This document shows, piece after piece, positions 62,041 to 64,000 of a DNA stretch of 64,000 bases. Location: contig OZ024753.1 in the NCBI GenBank assembly GCA_964016885.1, forward strand, positions 7,874,001 to 7,938,000, given 5' to 3'. Source of the stretch: Eledone cirrhosa (taxonomy: Eukaryota). Under the pieces are notes generated by a model. It searched no databases. It was not told where the DNA came from and was given only the letters and a program-made list of their open reading frames with translations. How positions within the stretch are numbered: the stretch's first letter is position 1; each line of letters begins with the position of its first letter. The translations under genes were made by a program, and so were the position numbers.

Positions 62041-62255
62041 GTCATTTACATTACTCTGTATATACTATTGTAGTTTTGTGGTAAAAGCTTTATCTCACAT
62101 AATTATCTTACATAATATTGAATCTATGAGATTTTGTTATTAGTTATTTTGAGAACAGTACCTTGACATGAATATGAGTGACCAGTTACAGCCGGTTTGA
62201 AAAGAAAGAGATGAGAGAATTCTGGCCGGATATGGGCGGTTTAAATGCTAAAGGA
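62041..62255 (-). mobile_element. piggyBac-type MITE
   Basis: TTAA 62037-62040 and 62256-62259; collinear with the reverse complement of 29287-29494. Confidence 0.88.
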
Positions 62256-63211
62256 TTAATGATTTCGATAGTGAGATTTGAACTCGTGATCTTATAGTTA
62301 AAAATCTAACATCTTAATATCAGAGATATTGTTGTTTACCAGTCATTGATGGTTTCATATATTTTAGCAAGCATTTCAGATCAATAATATTTCATATTTT
62401 TCTTTTATACTATCATGAAATTTTGATTATGTATAATGAATAATTTATTTCAAATATGGTTGTGTGATTAGCAACAGGAAAGTGAGATAAATATATAACA
62501 TTTTGAAAAACAGGAAAACAAAGGATTATGAACTGAGTGATAAAAATCTGCTGAGTTCAGATTGCATCATATATTTTAAAGAAACTATAGGCAGTATAGT
62601 GAACCAAATAATGTCACCTCTCTATTGAATGTGTTCCATTTATCTAAACTCTTTATTTTATTCCTCTCTTAGTCTTTCAAGTAAAGCTTATACATTCATA
62701 GCATAATATTCAATATTCTTTGATATTTTACTAGTTGCTTTGAAAATAAAATATATATTATATATCTCTTTATTTCTTTGCTAATCCATAATTCAGATTT
62801 AAAGCACTTTCTAATACTGCAAGTCTATAATAATGCAATGCTTATATTAACTACCAAATTTCCTTTTCAACATTATTTTTCTTTCTTACTAAGAATCAAT
62901 TTGATGGATATCAAAACCAAATTATCAAGGAAGCTATCTTTTTTTCCTAATAATCTTTCTTAGATACTATGAAGCAAATAAACTTTTGAATATTTTCACT
63001 CATGCCATGAATATACAGAGTTCTTTAAAAAAACATATTGTATACTTTATATTCATTCCAGTATTCCCATCTTCCAAGATAAACGTTAAACAATAAATAT
63101 GAAAGCTGTGTGGGCAAAAGGGGAATCAAATAGTTGGAAATCAAAAAAAAAAAAGAAAAATGTGTCACAAGAAGAAAACACATTATTATTTATTCAATAT
63201 TTTTATATTTG

Positions 63212-63244
<33 letters not shown>

Positions 63245-64000
63245 TTTTTTAAAAATAAAATCCAATAAATTTCAAAAAGCTGAAACAATGCGGTAGAAAA
63301 ATATAAAGGGCAAATGATGACAAATAAAACAAAACATCAATCATTCATTTTGTTTTGAATTGTTTCAGCTCCACATTTGAAAAGAGGGTTATAACCCTGA
63401 AATATCATGTTGAAATATACTGGCTAAAACATTACTTTTTGTTTTATTTGTCATCATTTGCCTTTGTATTTTTTCTACTGCATTGTACTGGCTTTTTGAA
63501 ACTTATCAGTCTTTTATTACATATCCCCACAATGCTCTGTATTATCTATACTAATATATACATTTTTTTTTTCATTGGTGTCTATGTTCTCAGACCTGAA
63601 AATATTGTTGTATAACAAGTATAGGAATTATTAAGACAACCTAATATTTATCAATTTATCAAAGTTTGCAGTGTTTTGGTTCCAGATATTATATCAGAAT
63701 TAATTAATAAATCAAAGAAAAATTGTCAATACCATTATCAAAACTGCTTTATCTTAGTATTTGTTATGTGATTCATTGAAATATTAAGTTTGTTGTGGTC
63801 TAAGAATTTGTTTAAGAAAGAATAGCTGCGGTATCGTATCAATTCTTCTGTGATTAAAGCTGTTGAATGACTTGAACTATGTCCTTTAAGTTATCAAAAA
63901 CTTGCATGAATTATGCATTGCAGCTACAATATTTACATATTTACATACTTGACAGAGGTCGGAGAAGCAGATGTATATATAACTTACACCTCACAAATCA

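Overview
AT-rich eukaryotic non-coding DNA, probably intronic or intergenic. The repeat content resembles an octopus/coleoid cephalopod genome (inference, not proven). Almost all ORFs in the track are artefacts of micro- and minisatellites, and no complete protein-coding gene is visible. There are only weak candidate small exons on the + strand (13138-13249, 41533-41581, 53937-53980, 58151-58196). The window is a mosaic of: (i) a ~210-bp piggyBac-type MITE (TTAA/CCCT...AGGG/TTAA, about 10 copies); (ii) hAT and Tc1/pogo-type MITEs with visible TIRs and TSDs; (iii) two tRNA-derived SINE families, one carrying an RTE-LINE 3' tail; (iv) truncated CR1, RTE and Tx1-like LINE fragments; (v) more than 20 tandem arrays, many being amplified internal pieces of those same elements; (vi) long (TA)n tracts. 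The most notable signal is a set of short islands inside or beside (TA)n tracts that carry minimal type-I hammerhead ribozyme motifs (CTGANGA-stem II-GAAA-stem III-UH-stem I). Two are homologous copies whose stem II sequences differ but both base-pair, and one lies in a 122-bp palindrome. This matches the terminal-repeat remnants of Penelope-like retroelements, a known class; whether these particular families are described cannot be determined here. All coordinates and pairings were read by eye, and copy numbers are approximate.
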